From: a virus
Taxonomy: Duplodnaviria > Heunggongvirae > Uroviricota > Caudoviricetes
DNA length: 64,000 nucleotides
IMG/VR virus record: IMGVR_UViG_3300009008_000023
Location: 1 to 64,000 of that record
Reading direction: 5' to 3' (one strand)
The position numbers and the translations under genes were made by a program. Below the pieces are notes generated by a model, which was not told where the DNA came from, did not search any database, and saw only the letters and a program-made list of their open reading frames with translations. Positions within the stretch are counted from its first letter, which is position 1. Each line of letters starts with the position of its first letter. Positions 37,120 to 46,016 of the stretch are shown here, in pieces.

Positions 37120-37701
37120 ATGAAAGTAACATTAGTACTGACAGCACTGCTGCTATCAATAACCAGCGCTTTTACGCTTGAACCTTTTAGGTTCTATGAT
37201 CACTTGGCCACAAGCCAAGACACTGTTCGAATACAAAATAAAGTATTTGGAAGTATAGAAAATCCTATAGTTGACGGTAATTATGGGATAATTGTCACTG
37301 ACACTCCAACTCATATTACAGGATGTACTTTCTATTTAGACGGTGGCCATGGAATTGGGGTATGGGGTGTGTATGATGACGTGTATTATTGTGTTATTAA
37401 AAACAACAATTTTGTGGTATTAGATTCTTTAAATCGTTATGTTATTAGAGTTGGACATGATTCGTCTGATGAGCCTTATACAGTTTATAATCCAATTATA
37501 ACTGGGAATGTCTTAGATTGTATTGAGGCTGACACGTATAAGCATAACCTTTTTGTAGGACATTGTATCAACCCAGTTGTTCAGTGGAACAGAGTAATGG
37601 GCTCTTCCCGCTCATTAATGCCTCGTGGCGAAATTGGCAACGCACCAGACTTTGACTCTGGTATCTCCTGGTTCGAACCCAGGCGGGGCATCCTGAATTA
37701 G
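37120..37701 (+). CDS. secreted protein with signal peptide; C-terminal 80 nt overlap tRNA-Gln
   Basis: AAGGAG RBS; signal peptide MKVTLVLTALLLSITSA; no stop until 37701. Confidence 0.45.
   Translation: MKVTLVLTALLLSITSAFTLEPFRFYDHLATSQDTVRIQNKVFGSIENPIVDGNYGIIVTDTPTHITGCTFYLDGGHGIGVWGVYDDVYYCVIKNNNFVVLDSLNRYVIRVGHDSSDEPYTVYNPIITGNVLDCIEADTYKHNLFVGHCINPVVQWNRVMGSSRSLMPRGEIGNAPDFDSGISWFEPRRGILN
37619..37691 (+). tRNA. tRNA-Gln(UUG)
   Basis: U1-A72 acceptor TGCCTCG/CGGGGCA; anticodon loop CTTTGAC; T arm CCTGGTTCGAACCCAGG. Confidence 0.65.
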
Positions 37702-37862
37702 TGGAGCGTGCATTGTATACAACGATGAACATTGCAGCTTATAGACTAGTGGAGTGTACACAAAGCTAGGTGCGGTGAACAGAGTGTAAAAACCTATGTC
37801 GCGGATAGGAATAAGCCTCAAACAACTTTGGTTGGTAGTATCCCACTAATTCACTTTTTTAC

Positions 37863-37895
37863 TTGACAAATACTAACTTGATTTCTTATATTTAG
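37863..37895 (+). promoter_or_regulatory. candidate sigma70-type promoter upstream of Hsp20 gene
   Basis: TTGACA-aatactaacttgatttc-TTATAT. Confidence 0.35.
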
Positions 37896-37963
37896 TTACA
37901 CAGCTGGATCTTATGAACGGCAGTAACTATCCACACCTTTCGGGTGGAATATAGGAGATCAAT

Positions 37964-38491
37964 ATGACTCGAAGAACACATCGTGTAAGCTTTGATAGCT
38001 TACTACCAGATTTATTTAACGAAGCACAGAACAGTGCTTTCTTAGCAACAGAAACATTATTTGATCGTGCAATACGGGACATGTTTCCTGATGCACATAA
38101 ACAACTTGGATGCTCTCTTGTAACTAAAGGGGCATATCCAAAAACTAACGTTCTTTCTTTAGAAAAAGAATTTAAGATTGAAGCGGCGGTTCCCGGTCTT
38201 ACTCGAGAAGATATTTCTATCGAGACTAAACAGACCGATATGGGGGTCGTTTTAACTATTTCTGGGGACAAGCAAGATGAAGAAAATCTTGGAGATGTAC
38301 GCACTAATTTTTATGTGTATCATGAACTCAAGAAATCTAAGTTTGCTCGTTCCTTTTTAATTCATGATAAAGAAAAAGTAGAATTAGATAAAATTGACGC
38401 CTCAATTGAAAATGGAATTCTAACTATTAGTATTCCTAAAACTGAGGCAGAGATTAAGAAAAACGAAATTAATAAAATTAACATAAAATAA
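37964..38491 (+). CDS. small heat-shock protein (Hsp20/alpha-crystallin family)
   Basis: Alpha-crystallin domain pattern: EAAVPGLTREDISIE...LTISGDK...FARSFLI...IDASIENGILTISIPK. Confidence 0.8.
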   Translation: MTRRTHRVSFDSLLPDLFNEAQNSAFLATETLFDRAIRDMFPDAHKQLGCSLVTKGAYPKTNVLSLEKEFKIEAAVPGLTREDISIETKQTDMGVVLTISGDKQDEENLGDVRTNFYVYHELKKSKFARSFLIHDKEKVELDKIDASIENGILTISIPKTEAEIKKNEINKINIK

Positions 38492-38519
38492 CACGCTGAT
38501 TTAGATCCAGCTGTGTTTT

Positions 38520-38594
38520 GGTCTGTTCGTCTAGCCCGGTCTAGGACACCTGACTTTCTCTCAGGCGACACGAGTTCAAATCTCGTACAGACTG
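38520..38594 (+). tRNA. tRNA-Glu(UUC)
   Basis: Acceptor GGTCTGT/ACAGACT; anticodon loop CTTTCTC; T loop TTCAAAT. Confidence 0.7.
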
Positions 38595-38600
38595 CCTTTT

Positions 38601-38678
38601 GGCCGAGTACGCAAACAATGAGAAGCGGCGGAAGTTGATCGCCCGTGAGTCCAGGTGTAAGCCCTGGCTCGGCCACCA
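38601..38678 (+). pseudogene. degenerate tRNA-like element (pseudo-tRNA; GUU-like anticodon, non-canonical T loop)
   Basis: Perfect acceptor GGCCGAG/CTCGGCC + A + CCA, but T loop TGTAAGC lacks T54-Psi55-C56; weak D stem; anticodon loop AAGTTGA lacks U33. Confidence 0.4.
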
Positions 38679-38684
38679 AATTAG

Positions 38685-38761
38685 AGCGCGGTAGAGTAGT
38701 GGTCCAACTCGGAGGTCTCATAAGCCTCTATTCGCGGGTTCGAATCCCGCCTGCGCCACCA
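38685..38761 (+). tRNA. tRNA-Met/Ile2(CAU)
   Basis: Anticodon loop CTCATAA; T arm GCGGGTTCGAATCCCGC; CCA encoded; possible 1-72 A/C mismatch. Confidence 0.65.
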
Positions 38762-39010
38762 TTTTTCAAGCACTAGTCTTGTAAACTAGGAACGCTGAAA
38801 TGTTACATGTGTTGGTAAAGTACGCTCAGACGTACCAGACTAGAACTATTACACCTGGCGAATCCTCACTAGATTCGTTTGCAAAATAGTCAACACCGTA
38901 ACAACTATGTCATCCCTCCTTTGTGAGGTTGCCCTTGGTTAGCGTGGGGATGTAATTGCATAAATCGCTAATCCAACTTTAAGACAGAAGACAGAAAGTA
39001 GAAAATATTA

Positions 39011-39904
39011 ATGTTAGTAAAAATTATAGATAAAAGTAAAGAAGCACTAATTCAGTGCGAACAGGCCGAATGGCAAGGTCTTCAAGACCATAACACCAAT
39101 TCCGTTATTTTGAATTTAGGCTCTAAACACGAGCCCCTGGTGTTTTCAAAAACCCAGTCTACGGCTGAAATTTATGTGATGAATGATAATGGGAAGACAA
39201 TTGATACAGTTAGATTCCCTTTGCATACTGGTACATATTCTACGGAGACGACAGAAATCCTTTGTATTATGGACCGATCTTCGTCAATGAGTTCAATTAT
39301 GCCCGAAGCGGTGAACGCATTTAATGAATTTGTACAGAAACAGAAAGCACTTCCGGGTAAAGCAAATCTTACCCTAGTTGCATTCGACAACCACTATGAA
39401 GTAAAGTATGATAGTATAGATTTAAATAGTGTGCCTTTGCTCACTATAAATCAAGTACAACCACGAGGAATGACCGCTCTTAATGATGCGATTGGTAGAA
39501 CCATTAATAGAGCAAAAGATTCACGCAAGACCATTGTTTTAATACAGACTGATGGGGAAGAAAACTGCAGCCAAGAATTTGATAATGAGCAAGTTAAAGC
39601 ACTCATTAATGCTAAAAAAGAGTTGGGCTGGGAATTTATCTTCATTGGTGCTGGTATAGATGCGTTTGATGTTGGACATAAAAATTTAGGCATTGATGTG
39701 GCAAGTTGTTACAATGTATCACATGACGCTATTGGAATGGCTGATTATACAAATACCATGACTTTTAGAACAATGGCATATCGAGATGGTAGTATTACAT
39801 CAGCAGACCTTGATATGGGAGATATTGCGTCACTTACAGTGACTGATGAAGTTCCTGAGCAATTTGAATTGAATTTAGACGACATTACTGTTGAAAAAGA
39901 ATAA
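39011..39904 (+). CDS. von Willebrand factor A (vWA) domain protein
   Basis: MIDAS motif DRSSSM (DxSxS); downstream T and D residues in vWA order. Confidence 0.7.
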   Translation: MLVKIIDKSKEALIQCEQAEWQGLQDHNTNSVILNLGSKHEPLVFSKTQSTAEIYVMNDNGKTIDTVRFPLHTGTYSTETTEILCIMDRSSSMSSIMPEAVNAFNEFVQKQKALPGKANLTLVAFDNHYEVKYDSIDLNSVPLLTINQVQPRGMTALNDAIGRTINRAKDSRKTIVLIQTDGEENCSQEFDNEQVKALINAKKELGWEFIFIGAGIDAFDVGHKNLGIDVASCYNVSHDAIGMADYTNTMTFRTMAYRDGSITSADLDMGDIASLTVTDEVPEQFELNLDDITVEKE

Positions 39905-40320
39905 AAGTACTGGTACTGTGTCCTTTGAACCGCAGTTAAACAGAGCGCAAGTGGCTTGCGGACATTTATGAGGAAAGCCACACCAGGAATTATTCACGCT
40001 GGGCCACTCCTCTCTGAGGGGTGTGTCCTCCATAAGCGCTACTCACTTCAGGCGGGTAGTTTCCCAAAGAGAGCTTTGGGAATTTAAACTCGGGTAAAAA
40101 GCCCCATAAAACTTTTTACAGAACGAGGTATCTATGAAATATTTCATATTATTCGTAGATATTTTCTGGTGGTTGAGAGATTGATCACCTTATAGATTGA
40201 AAGGTAAAAAAAGGTTTATAGTGCCGTTAGCAACCCAGAAACCTTGCTCGCGCATAGCGAAAGACCCAGGCGGATCTATGCGATAATTTCCGCGCTTGCT
40301 GTTAGGCTAATCTATTATTA
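39905..40320 (+). other. about 415-nt ORF-free structured intergenic region (possible sRNA)
   Basis: No ORF; several stable hairpins, e.g. TTCCCAAAG-agag-CTTTGGGAA. Confidence 0.3.
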
Positions 40321-40346
40321 AGGGGAGTCTAGTACTCCCCTTTTTT
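40321..40346 (+). terminator. rho-independent terminator
   Basis: AAGGGGAGT-ctagt-ACTCCCC plus T6. Confidence 0.75.
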
Positions 40347-40351
40347 ATTGC

Positions 40352-40424
40352 CGGGGAGTAGCTCAATTGGAGGAGCGGAACGTTTGGGACGTTCAGGGTG
40401 CAGGTTCGAGCCCTGCCTCTCCGA
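40352..40424 (+). tRNA. tRNA-Pro(UGG)
   Basis: C1-G72 acceptor CGGGGAG/CTCTCCG; anticodon loop TTTGGGA; T loop TTCGAGC. Confidence 0.7.
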
Positions 40425-40497
40425 TATATTTTTATTTAGTTCTTGACTTCGAATACTATTATACGTACGTTAAAGTATAAAGTAAAAGGAGTTAAGA

Positions 40498-41175
40498 ATG
40501 GCAAAACCAAATGTAAAATGTTTACAATGTGGTAAACATTTTTATAAAAAACCAATAAACATTAAATTATACCCACAACACTTTTGCAGTCGAAATTGTT
40601 TTAATAAGTACATTAAAGGTCCAGATTGTTTTTGTTTAAATTGTGGAAAGCAATTACTTAAAAAAGATCAAAAGAAATTTTGCTCAAAATCGTGCTCTGC
40701 TACTTATAACAATCAATTACGAGACAAAAGTGTTTATGATAAAGTAATTAGATCTCGTGGGGAAACAAGGCAAACAGAGCACACTAAAAAATTAAAAAAA
40801 CGAAAGTCTTTAAATAGGTGTAAAAATTGTGGTACACAAATTTGGCCAGAAAGCACATATTGCACGTCATGCAAGGACCATTTAGTTCGAATTCAATACT
40901 TAGAACGTACCCTTAAAGAAGTTACTAACAAAGATACAGTAAAGTATTGGCAACAAGTTAGAACTAATGCCCGTAGTATGATGAAACACGAATACAAAAA
41001 AGAACCGAAATGTGCAGTATGTGGGTATAAAACATATGTGGAAGTATGCCATATTAAACCAATAAAAGAATTTGAAAAAACCGCAAAAATTAAAGAGATA
41101 AACAGTAAAGATAACCTTGTGTATCTTTGCCCAAATCACCATAAAGAACTAGATTTGGGATTAATAAAACTGTGA
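40498..41175 (+). CDS. HNH endonuclease with N-terminal zinc fingers
   Basis: C-terminal CHIKPIKEF...NLVYLCPNHH; five CxxC pairs. Confidence 0.6.
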   Translation: MAKPNVKCLQCGKHFYKKPINIKLYPQHFCSRNCFNKYIKGPDCFCLNCGKQLLKKDQKKFCSKSCSATYNNQLRDKSVYDKVIRSRGETRQTEHTKKLKKRKSLNRCKNCGTQIWPESTYCTSCKDHLVRIQYLERTLKEVTNKDTVKYWQQVRTNARSMMKHEYKKEPKCAVCGYKTYVEVCHIKPIKEFEKTAKIKEINSKDNLVYLCPNHHKELDLGLIKL

Positions 41176-41200
41176 AAGTAAAACGAAACTAAGAGGAAAT

Positions 41201-41683
41201 ATGAGTGATACAAAAGCAATACACGTATTATCAGGAGGCTTTGATCCTCTACATGTAGGCCATCTACGTATGATAAAAGCTGCACATGCCTTGCAAGACC
41301 ATTGCCGGTATGGTAGCCAGCTAATTATTGGATTGAATTCTGATGATTGGCTAAGACGTAAAAAAGGTGCTAATTTTATAAACTTTGCACACCGTGCAGA
41401 ATTAATCGGTGGTTATAAAGAAGTTGATGAAGTTGTTTCGTTTGATGATTCAGACGGCACAGCTAAAGAGTTATTACGTATACTTCGAGCAAGATTTCCC
41501 GCAGATGAGTATAATATAATTTTTTGTAATGGTGGAGATCGAGTAGAAGGACATGTTCCTGAAGGAGAGTTAGCCGAAGAGTTAGATATTGAGTTTCTGT
41601 ACGGGATAGGTGGTGGAAAGATAGAAAGCTCTTCAGAACTGGTGACTAAATATTTTGCCGAAATCAATAAAAATAGCGCCTGA
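41201..41683 (+). CDS. nucleotidyltransferase of the HxGH cytidylyltransferase-like superfamily
   Basis: SGGFDPLHVGHLRMI (HxGH) motif near N-terminus. Confidence 0.6.
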   Translation: MSDTKAIHVLSGGFDPLHVGHLRMIKAAHALQDHCRYGSQLIIGLNSDDWLRRKKGANFINFAHRAELIGGYKEVDEVVSFDDSDGTAKELLRILRARFPADEYNIIFCNGGDRVEGHVPEGELAEELDIEFLYGIGGGKIESSSELVTKYFAEINKNSA

Positions 41684-42029
41684 GGATGTTAAAGAGCTCG
41701 TTGAGCTTTTAACTAACTCAGTAAAAATAACAGACGAAACTAAATCAAATACAGTAACACTTATTAAAGACTTGTATGAACAAGTAATTATATTACGCCT
41801 AGAACTAGAATTACAAAGAAAACATCAGCAACTTAGTGACTTTGAACATATTTTATACAAAAAAATGTACCTTATTAAATATGACACGATGGATTTACTA
41901 ACAATTAATACAGCCTTAGAAGGTGTAGAAAAAGCTATACAATGGGCAAAGAACGACGCGAGAGACTTAAAGAAGCCAATACCTGAAAACATAAACCCGG
42001 AGGATTATATTGACTACTTCAACGACTAG
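41655..42029 (+). CDS. hypothetical protein (124 aa), start uncertain
   Basis: ORF overlapping upstream gene. Confidence 0.3.
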   Translation: MPKSIKIAPEDVKELVELLTNSVKITDETKSNTVTLIKDLYEQVIILRLELELQRKHQQLSDFEHILYKKMYLIKYDTMDLLTINTALEGVEKAIQWAKNDARDLKKPIPENINPEDYIDYFND

Positions 42030-42393
42030 ACTTAATTTCGATCTAGCAGAAATGGAAATGCTAGATCGCCTCCACAAACTTTCACGAGATAATAAAGATA
42101 TGCTTCAGTCTGTAGGAGAAGGAGTGTGTTTTTATTGTGGGAAAACTTGTAAATACGAAGACGTTAAGGAATGGGTAGGCAAACATAGTCAAACGGGAAT
42201 GTGCCCTCATTGTGGCATTGACTCAATTATGCCTGTGTATGCGCCTTACATCAAGTCTGAAAAGATTGTCGGAATGATGATGGTTCGTTGGTTCACGACT
42301 GTTAATGAAGATGATACGTTAACTGTTGAACCTGATGCCCTCATCCCAGAACGCTGGAAACAATGGTATAAGAACTATACCGTCGAAGATTAA
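42010..42393 (+). CDS. hypothetical Cys-containing protein (127 aa)
   Basis: CFYCGK...CPHCG zinc-ribbon-like. Confidence 0.35.
   Translation: MTTSTTRLNFDLAEMEMLDRLHKLSRDNKDMLQSVGEGVCFYCGKTCKYEDVKEWVGKHSQTGMCPHCGIDSIMPVYAPYIKSEKIVGMMMVRWFTTVNEDDTLTVEPDALIPERWKQWYKNYTVED
42361..42380 (+). promoter_or_regulatory. phage promoter motif (caaTGGTATAAGAACTATACC) inside CDS 42010..42393
   Basis: Core match within coding sequence; could serve downstream gene 42474 or be fortuitous. Confidence 0.3.
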
Positions 42394-42473
42394 TTAAAAT
42401 TTATTAACATAAACATCTAAGGAGGTGCAGTCATGACTATTACAAAACTATAGATACCTATAGGAGGTAAATC

Positions 42474-42692
42474 ATGGCTGACCAACAGCAGAAAAAGATC
42501 CCTAAGGGCGGTAAGTGCTTACGTCGTTGTGGCAAAGGACATTACAAGGAGTATCGTAATGAGAACCGCAAGCTCAACAACAAAGCTCGTCGCCTTGCTC
42601 GTCGCATCCGTAACTACAAGAACCCTATCGGGTTCCTCAACGGAGTGAATGACGATCTGCGTGTTAAAGTTATCAAAATCCTCGGCTTATAG
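42474..42692 (+). CDS. hypothetical small basic protein (72 aa)
   Basis: GGAGG RBS; Arg/Lys-rich. Confidence 0.35.
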   Translation: MADQQQKKIPKGGKCLRRCGKGHYKEYRNENRKLNNKARRLARRIRNYKNPIGFLNGVNDDLRVKVIKILGL

Positions 42693-42702
42693 CCTAGGTG
42701 AA

Positions 42703-42784
42703 GCGGGTGTCCTCTAATGGCCAGGAGACTAGCCTTCCAAGCTAGCGCAGAAATGCATTGAGAGTTCGAATCTCTTCACCCGCT
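42703..42784 (+). tRNA. atypical 82-nt tRNA, anticodon UCC (Gly-like) with 14-nt GAAA-capped variable hairpin
   Basis: Acceptor GCGGGTG/CACCCGC; D arm CTCT-AATGGCCA-GGAG; anticodon stem CTAGC/GCTAG, loop CTTCCAA; variable CGCA-GAAA-TGCATT; T arm GAGAGTTCGAATCTCTT. Confidence 0.55.
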
Positions 42785-42804
42785 CCTACACAAAAGGAGA
42801 AAGA

Positions 42805-43083
42805 ATGTTATCAGGACAAGGAAACGAGTTAATAGATACCCAAGAACCGCTTTATAAAATTTACGATGAAGATACTGGGTTATTCTCTTCAGGTGGAAAT
42901 TCTGGGTGGAGTAGAGCAGGGAAAGTATGGACTGCCAGAACTTTAAAGCTACATTTAGCGAACGGGCGCTCAAACTATCCTGATTCTGCACGTATTATAG
43001 AACTTACGTTAAACGCAGCAGCGGTGCTGCCAGTTACACGTGAAGCACTAGACAGACATACTCTGTATGCTAGATTTGATTGA
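42805..43083 (+). CDS. hypothetical protein (92 aa)
   Basis: AAGGAG RBS. Confidence 0.35.
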   Translation: MLSGQGNELIDTQEPLYKIYDEDTGLFSSGGNSGWSRAGKVWTARTLKLHLANGRSNYPDSARIIELTLNAAAVLPVTREALDRHTLYARFD

Positions 43084-43154
43084 ACCCATAGCCAAGTGAT
43101 TAAGGCAGTGGATTGCAACCCCACTATGCGCTGGTTTAAATCCAGCTGGGTTCT
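43082..43154 (+). tRNA. tRNA-Cys(GCA)
   Basis: Acceptor GAACCCA/TGGGTTC; anticodon loop TTGCAAC; T arm GCTGGTTTAAATCCAGC. Confidence 0.6.
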
Positions 43155-43306
43155 CCTTAACTTATAAGGAGCTTAAATGAATTGGATAAAAATTTTAGGT
43201 TGGGTTAGAGTTATTATGTATGATATAATTTATGCCAGTTTATATTTTATGTTCTTACACTGGTTTTTTACACGAATTGTGTGGCCTTCGTTAGCCCCGT
43301 AAATAT

Positions 43307-43358
43307 GGCGAATGCGTCTGCAGCGTGGAAAAGCGGGTTCGATTCCCGTCATTCGCCC
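43307..43358 (+). pseudogene. truncated mini tRNA-like element (acceptor + T arm only, about 52 nt)
   Basis: GGCGAAT...GCGGGTTCGATTCCCGT-c-ATTCGCC with only 19 nt where D and anticodon arms should be. Confidence 0.4.
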
Positions 43359-43359
43359 T

Positions 43360-43433
43360 GAGGCCGTAGCTCAAATGGTTAGAGCCCTGGATTGTGGATC
43401 CAGAGGTTGTGGATTCGAATTCCACCGGTCTCC
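43360..43433 (+). tRNA. tRNA-His(GUG)
   Basis: Anticodon loop TTGTGGA; T arm GTGGATTCGAATTCCAC; C73. Confidence 0.7.
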
Positions 43434-43437
43434 CCAA

Positions 43438-43509
43438 GGGCCTGTAGCTCCAACGGTAGAGCTCCTGCTTTGCAAGCAGGATGTTACCAGTTCGAATCTG
43501 GTCAGGTCC
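43438..43509 (+). tRNA. tRNA-Ala(UGC)
   Basis: G3-U70 in acceptor GGGCCTG/CAGGTCC; anticodon loop TTTGCAA; T loop TTCGAAT; A73. Confidence 0.8.
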
Positions 43510-43691
43510 ACCGAATTAAACAAAGAGGTAAAGAAGATGTATAATAAATTCATAAGAAGTATCTTATGCTTTTTACGTATTCATGGTCCTCGATCACCGC
43601 TGTATAAAACAGACAGAGGCGTGTATAATCAGTGCCGCTGGTGTGATAAACCAATACTGGTATATAAATTTGATCAACCAAAAAAATATTT

Positions 43692-43916
43692 GTGACAAAA
43701 ATTGATGTAGGTACAAAGTTAGAATTTAAACGTAATTTGTGGGACTCCCCACGAGTTGCTAATCGAATTGATACTGATGGAACAGAGTTTGTAGTAACAA
43801 ACTTAGAATACGTTGAAGGCAACATTAATGGCATGTGGTTATTATCTAAAAAATCTGGAAAAGGCATTAGATTTACCATGCATGAAGTTTATAGCTTATT
43901 CAAAATAAAGAGGTAA
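43692..43916 (+). CDS. hypothetical protein (74 aa)
   Basis: ORF. Confidence 0.3.
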   Translation: MTKIDVGTKLEFKRNLWDSPRVANRIDTDGTEFVVTNLEYVEGNINGMWLLSKKSGKGIRFTMHEVYSLFKIKR

Positions 43917-43918
43917 AA

Positions 43919-44965
43919 ATGGAAAGAGCGTTGGCGAGCATTCAAAGAATTGATGCTCTCGATCCTATTGAAGGTGCCGACCGAATTGAAGTAGCCACCA
44001 TCTTAGGGTGGAAAGTAATTGTTAAAAAAGGTGAGTTTCAAGTCGGTGATAAATGTATCTATTGTGAAATAGATAGTGTATTACCTGCAGATAACCCTGA
44101 ATTTGAGTTTATGCAAGCTCGAAGTAAAGGCCGTGTAAAGACCATGCGTATGCGTGGTGTGCTGTCTCAGGGGATTGCATTCCCTATGAAAGTATTACAC
44201 GATCAACTAGTGGGCGAATTACAATGGATTATGCCCGCTGATGTTAATCAGATTGATCAAGATGTCACTGACCTTTTAGGCATCACAAAATACGAACCGC
44301 CTGCTGACTTCAAACAAGGTGCAAGCAAAGGTACATTCCCTGGGTTTATTCCCAAAACAGACGAACTCCGACTTCAGTCTAAGCCCGAACTACTAGAAGA
44401 ACTTGCAGGTGAGCGTTACGTTATTACTATAAAAGTAGATGGAACATCTGCCACTTTCTTTTGGCATGATGGTGAGTTTGGCGTGTGTTCACGTAATATG
44501 GAAAAGAAGCTTGATGGAAACAGTGTTTATTCACGAATTGCTAAAGAATACAAACTCCAAGAAATTCTTGAGGACATTGAACGCGAAACGGGCATTGAAT
44601 TAGCACTCCAAGGCGAAATTGCTGGACCTGGAATTCAGAAGAATCCTTTGGGTCTTAAAGAGCTCCAATTATTCTTATTCACTGGTTTTAACATCCGAGA
44701 AGGTAAATACTTAGATCATTTAGAGTTCAGTGAATTATGCACTCGTTGGGAACTGCCAATGGTATATGTAGCAGAGTATGGAGCTGAATTTAAACACACA
44801 CTTGAGTCTCTTCTAGAGCTTGCTAAAGGTAAGTACCTAGGAACAGATAATAACCGTGAAGGTATCGTTATCCGCCCGTTCCGTGAAATGGTTAGTAAAC
44901 GTTTACATGGTAGACTTTCTTTTAAAGTAATAAATAATGATTTTCTTGAAAAAGGAGAAGAGTAG
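43919..44965 (+). CDS. ATP-dependent polynucleotide (RNA/DNA) ligase-like nucleotidyltransferase
   Basis: Motif I ITIKVDGTSATF (KxDG); downstream motifs partially recognisable. Confidence 0.5.
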   Translation: MERALASIQRIDALDPIEGADRIEVATILGWKVIVKKGEFQVGDKCIYCEIDSVLPADNPEFEFMQARSKGRVKTMRMRGVLSQGIAFPMKVLHDQLVGELQWIMPADVNQIDQDVTDLLGITKYEPPADFKQGASKGTFPGFIPKTDELRLQSKPELLEELAGERYVITIKVDGTSATFFWHDGEFGVCSRNMEKKLDGNSVYSRIAKEYKLQEILEDIERETGIELALQGEIAGPGIQKNPLGLKELQLFLFTGFNIREGKYLDHLEFSELCTRWELPMVYVAEYGAEFKHTLESLLELAKGKYLGTDNNREGIVIRPFREMVSKRLHGRLSFKVINNDFLEKGEE

Positions 44966-44968
44966 TAC

Positions 44969-45568
44969 ATGGCTGTTAAAAAAGTAGTAGCTAAGAAAAA
45001 AGTAGATAAAAAGAAGATTGTAAAAGAAAAGCACAAGCTTGAGTTGTCTCCGACTGATGCAGAGGTTACTGTTTTAAAAACTATGTCCTTACGAGAAGCT
45101 AGAGCAGCTTTTCCGGACATAGCGGAACTACTTACTGCCGAGAACATGGAAGCCGTATTCCCACAGCGCGGGTATTACAATCAGTATCCTTCCTTAGAAT
45201 CAGTTACACAACAGTTTGAAGGACAAATTCAAAATGCGGTGGCTACCTTAAGAAGACTTGAAGAGGAAGCCGCCCTAGCACTGAGGTTATCTGTAGTTTT
45301 ACATCCTCAGACTAAGTGGGATCGTTACAACCGTCATATTAAACTTCGAGTGGTCCCTTCTCCTGAGCAGCAAGCTCGTCTAGAAACGAAGCGTGCTCAG
45401 AAGGCAGCGGAGCGTGAAGCCAAGCGTAGACGTGAAGCAGTTGCCAAAGCTAAAACTAACAAAAGGCGACTGGAAAAAATCCGTAAAGAACAGGCAGAGC
45501 TTGAGGCTGATCTGGCTTTAGCAGACGAACTACAGAGGGTGGAGGATGAAGGTGGCGGAAACGTATAA
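44969..45568 (+). CDS. hypothetical Lys-rich protein (199 aa)
   Basis: Basic termini; coiled-coil C-terminus. Confidence 0.35.
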   Translation: MAVKKVVAKKKVDKKKIVKEKHKLELSPTDAEVTVLKTMSLREARAAFPDIAELLTAENMEAVFPQRGYYNQYPSLESVTQQFEGQIQNAVATLRRLEEEAALALRLSVVLHPQTKWDRYNRHIKLRVVPSPEQQARLETKRAQKAAEREAKRRREAVAKAKTNKRRLEKIRKEQAELEADLALADELQRVEDEGGGNV

Positions 45569-46016
45569 CGAAAAACTTTTGGCAAGTAAACAGGATACTT
45601 TAGGGCATGTAATGTTGCTCACTAATTTTATTGAGATCTTTTGCAATAAAATGAGAGAACGAGCATCAGTACATGATCAGAGTAAACTTGAAACCCCTGA
45701 AGTGGAGTCGTTTGCGAATGCCGATAAACTCAATACTATTGAGTTTGGGTCTGATGCTTATAAAGAAGCCCTAGCAGAGTTAGGACCAGCATTAGAACAC
45801 CACTATGAGAACAACGACCATCATCCTGAACATCATCCAAATGGTGTTGAGGATATGGACCTCATGCAGATAGTTGAAATGCTGTTAGATTGGTATGCGT
45901 CAACTCATAGAATGAAAGACGGTGATATAATGAAGAGTATAGAGATTAACTCTGAACGCTTTAATATGTCACCACAGTTACGGAGTATTCTTGAGAATAC
46001 TATCAAAAGGTTATAA
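45546..46016 (+). CDS. hypothetical His-rich protein (156 aa)
   Basis: HHYENNDHHPEHHPNG cluster, possible metal binding. Confidence 0.35.
   Translation: MKVAETYNEKLLASKQDTLGHVMLLTNFIEIFCNKMRERASVHDQSKLETPEVESFANADKLNTIEFGSDAYKEALAELGPALEHHYENNDHHPEHHPNGVEDMDLMQIVEMLLDWYASTHRMKDGDIMKSIEINSERFNMSPQLRSILENTIKRL

Noticed and set aside
36965-37181. ORFs 36965..37159 (-) and 36996..37181 (+) over the 88-nt tRNA
   Set aside because: Overlap a T-arm-containing tRNA (GGTTCGAATCC); no RBS; spurious.
38362-38721. 119-aa minus-strand ORF across tRNA-Glu, the tRNA-like element and tRNA-Met
   Set aside because: Antisense to three tRNA structures; spurious.
43312-43695. 127-aa plus-strand ORF and 60-aa minus-strand ORF (43371..43553) spanning the His/Ala tRNA cluster
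   Set aside because: They run straight through three tRNA-like genes; their GC-rich, codon-biased appearance comes from tRNA sequence, so they are spurious.
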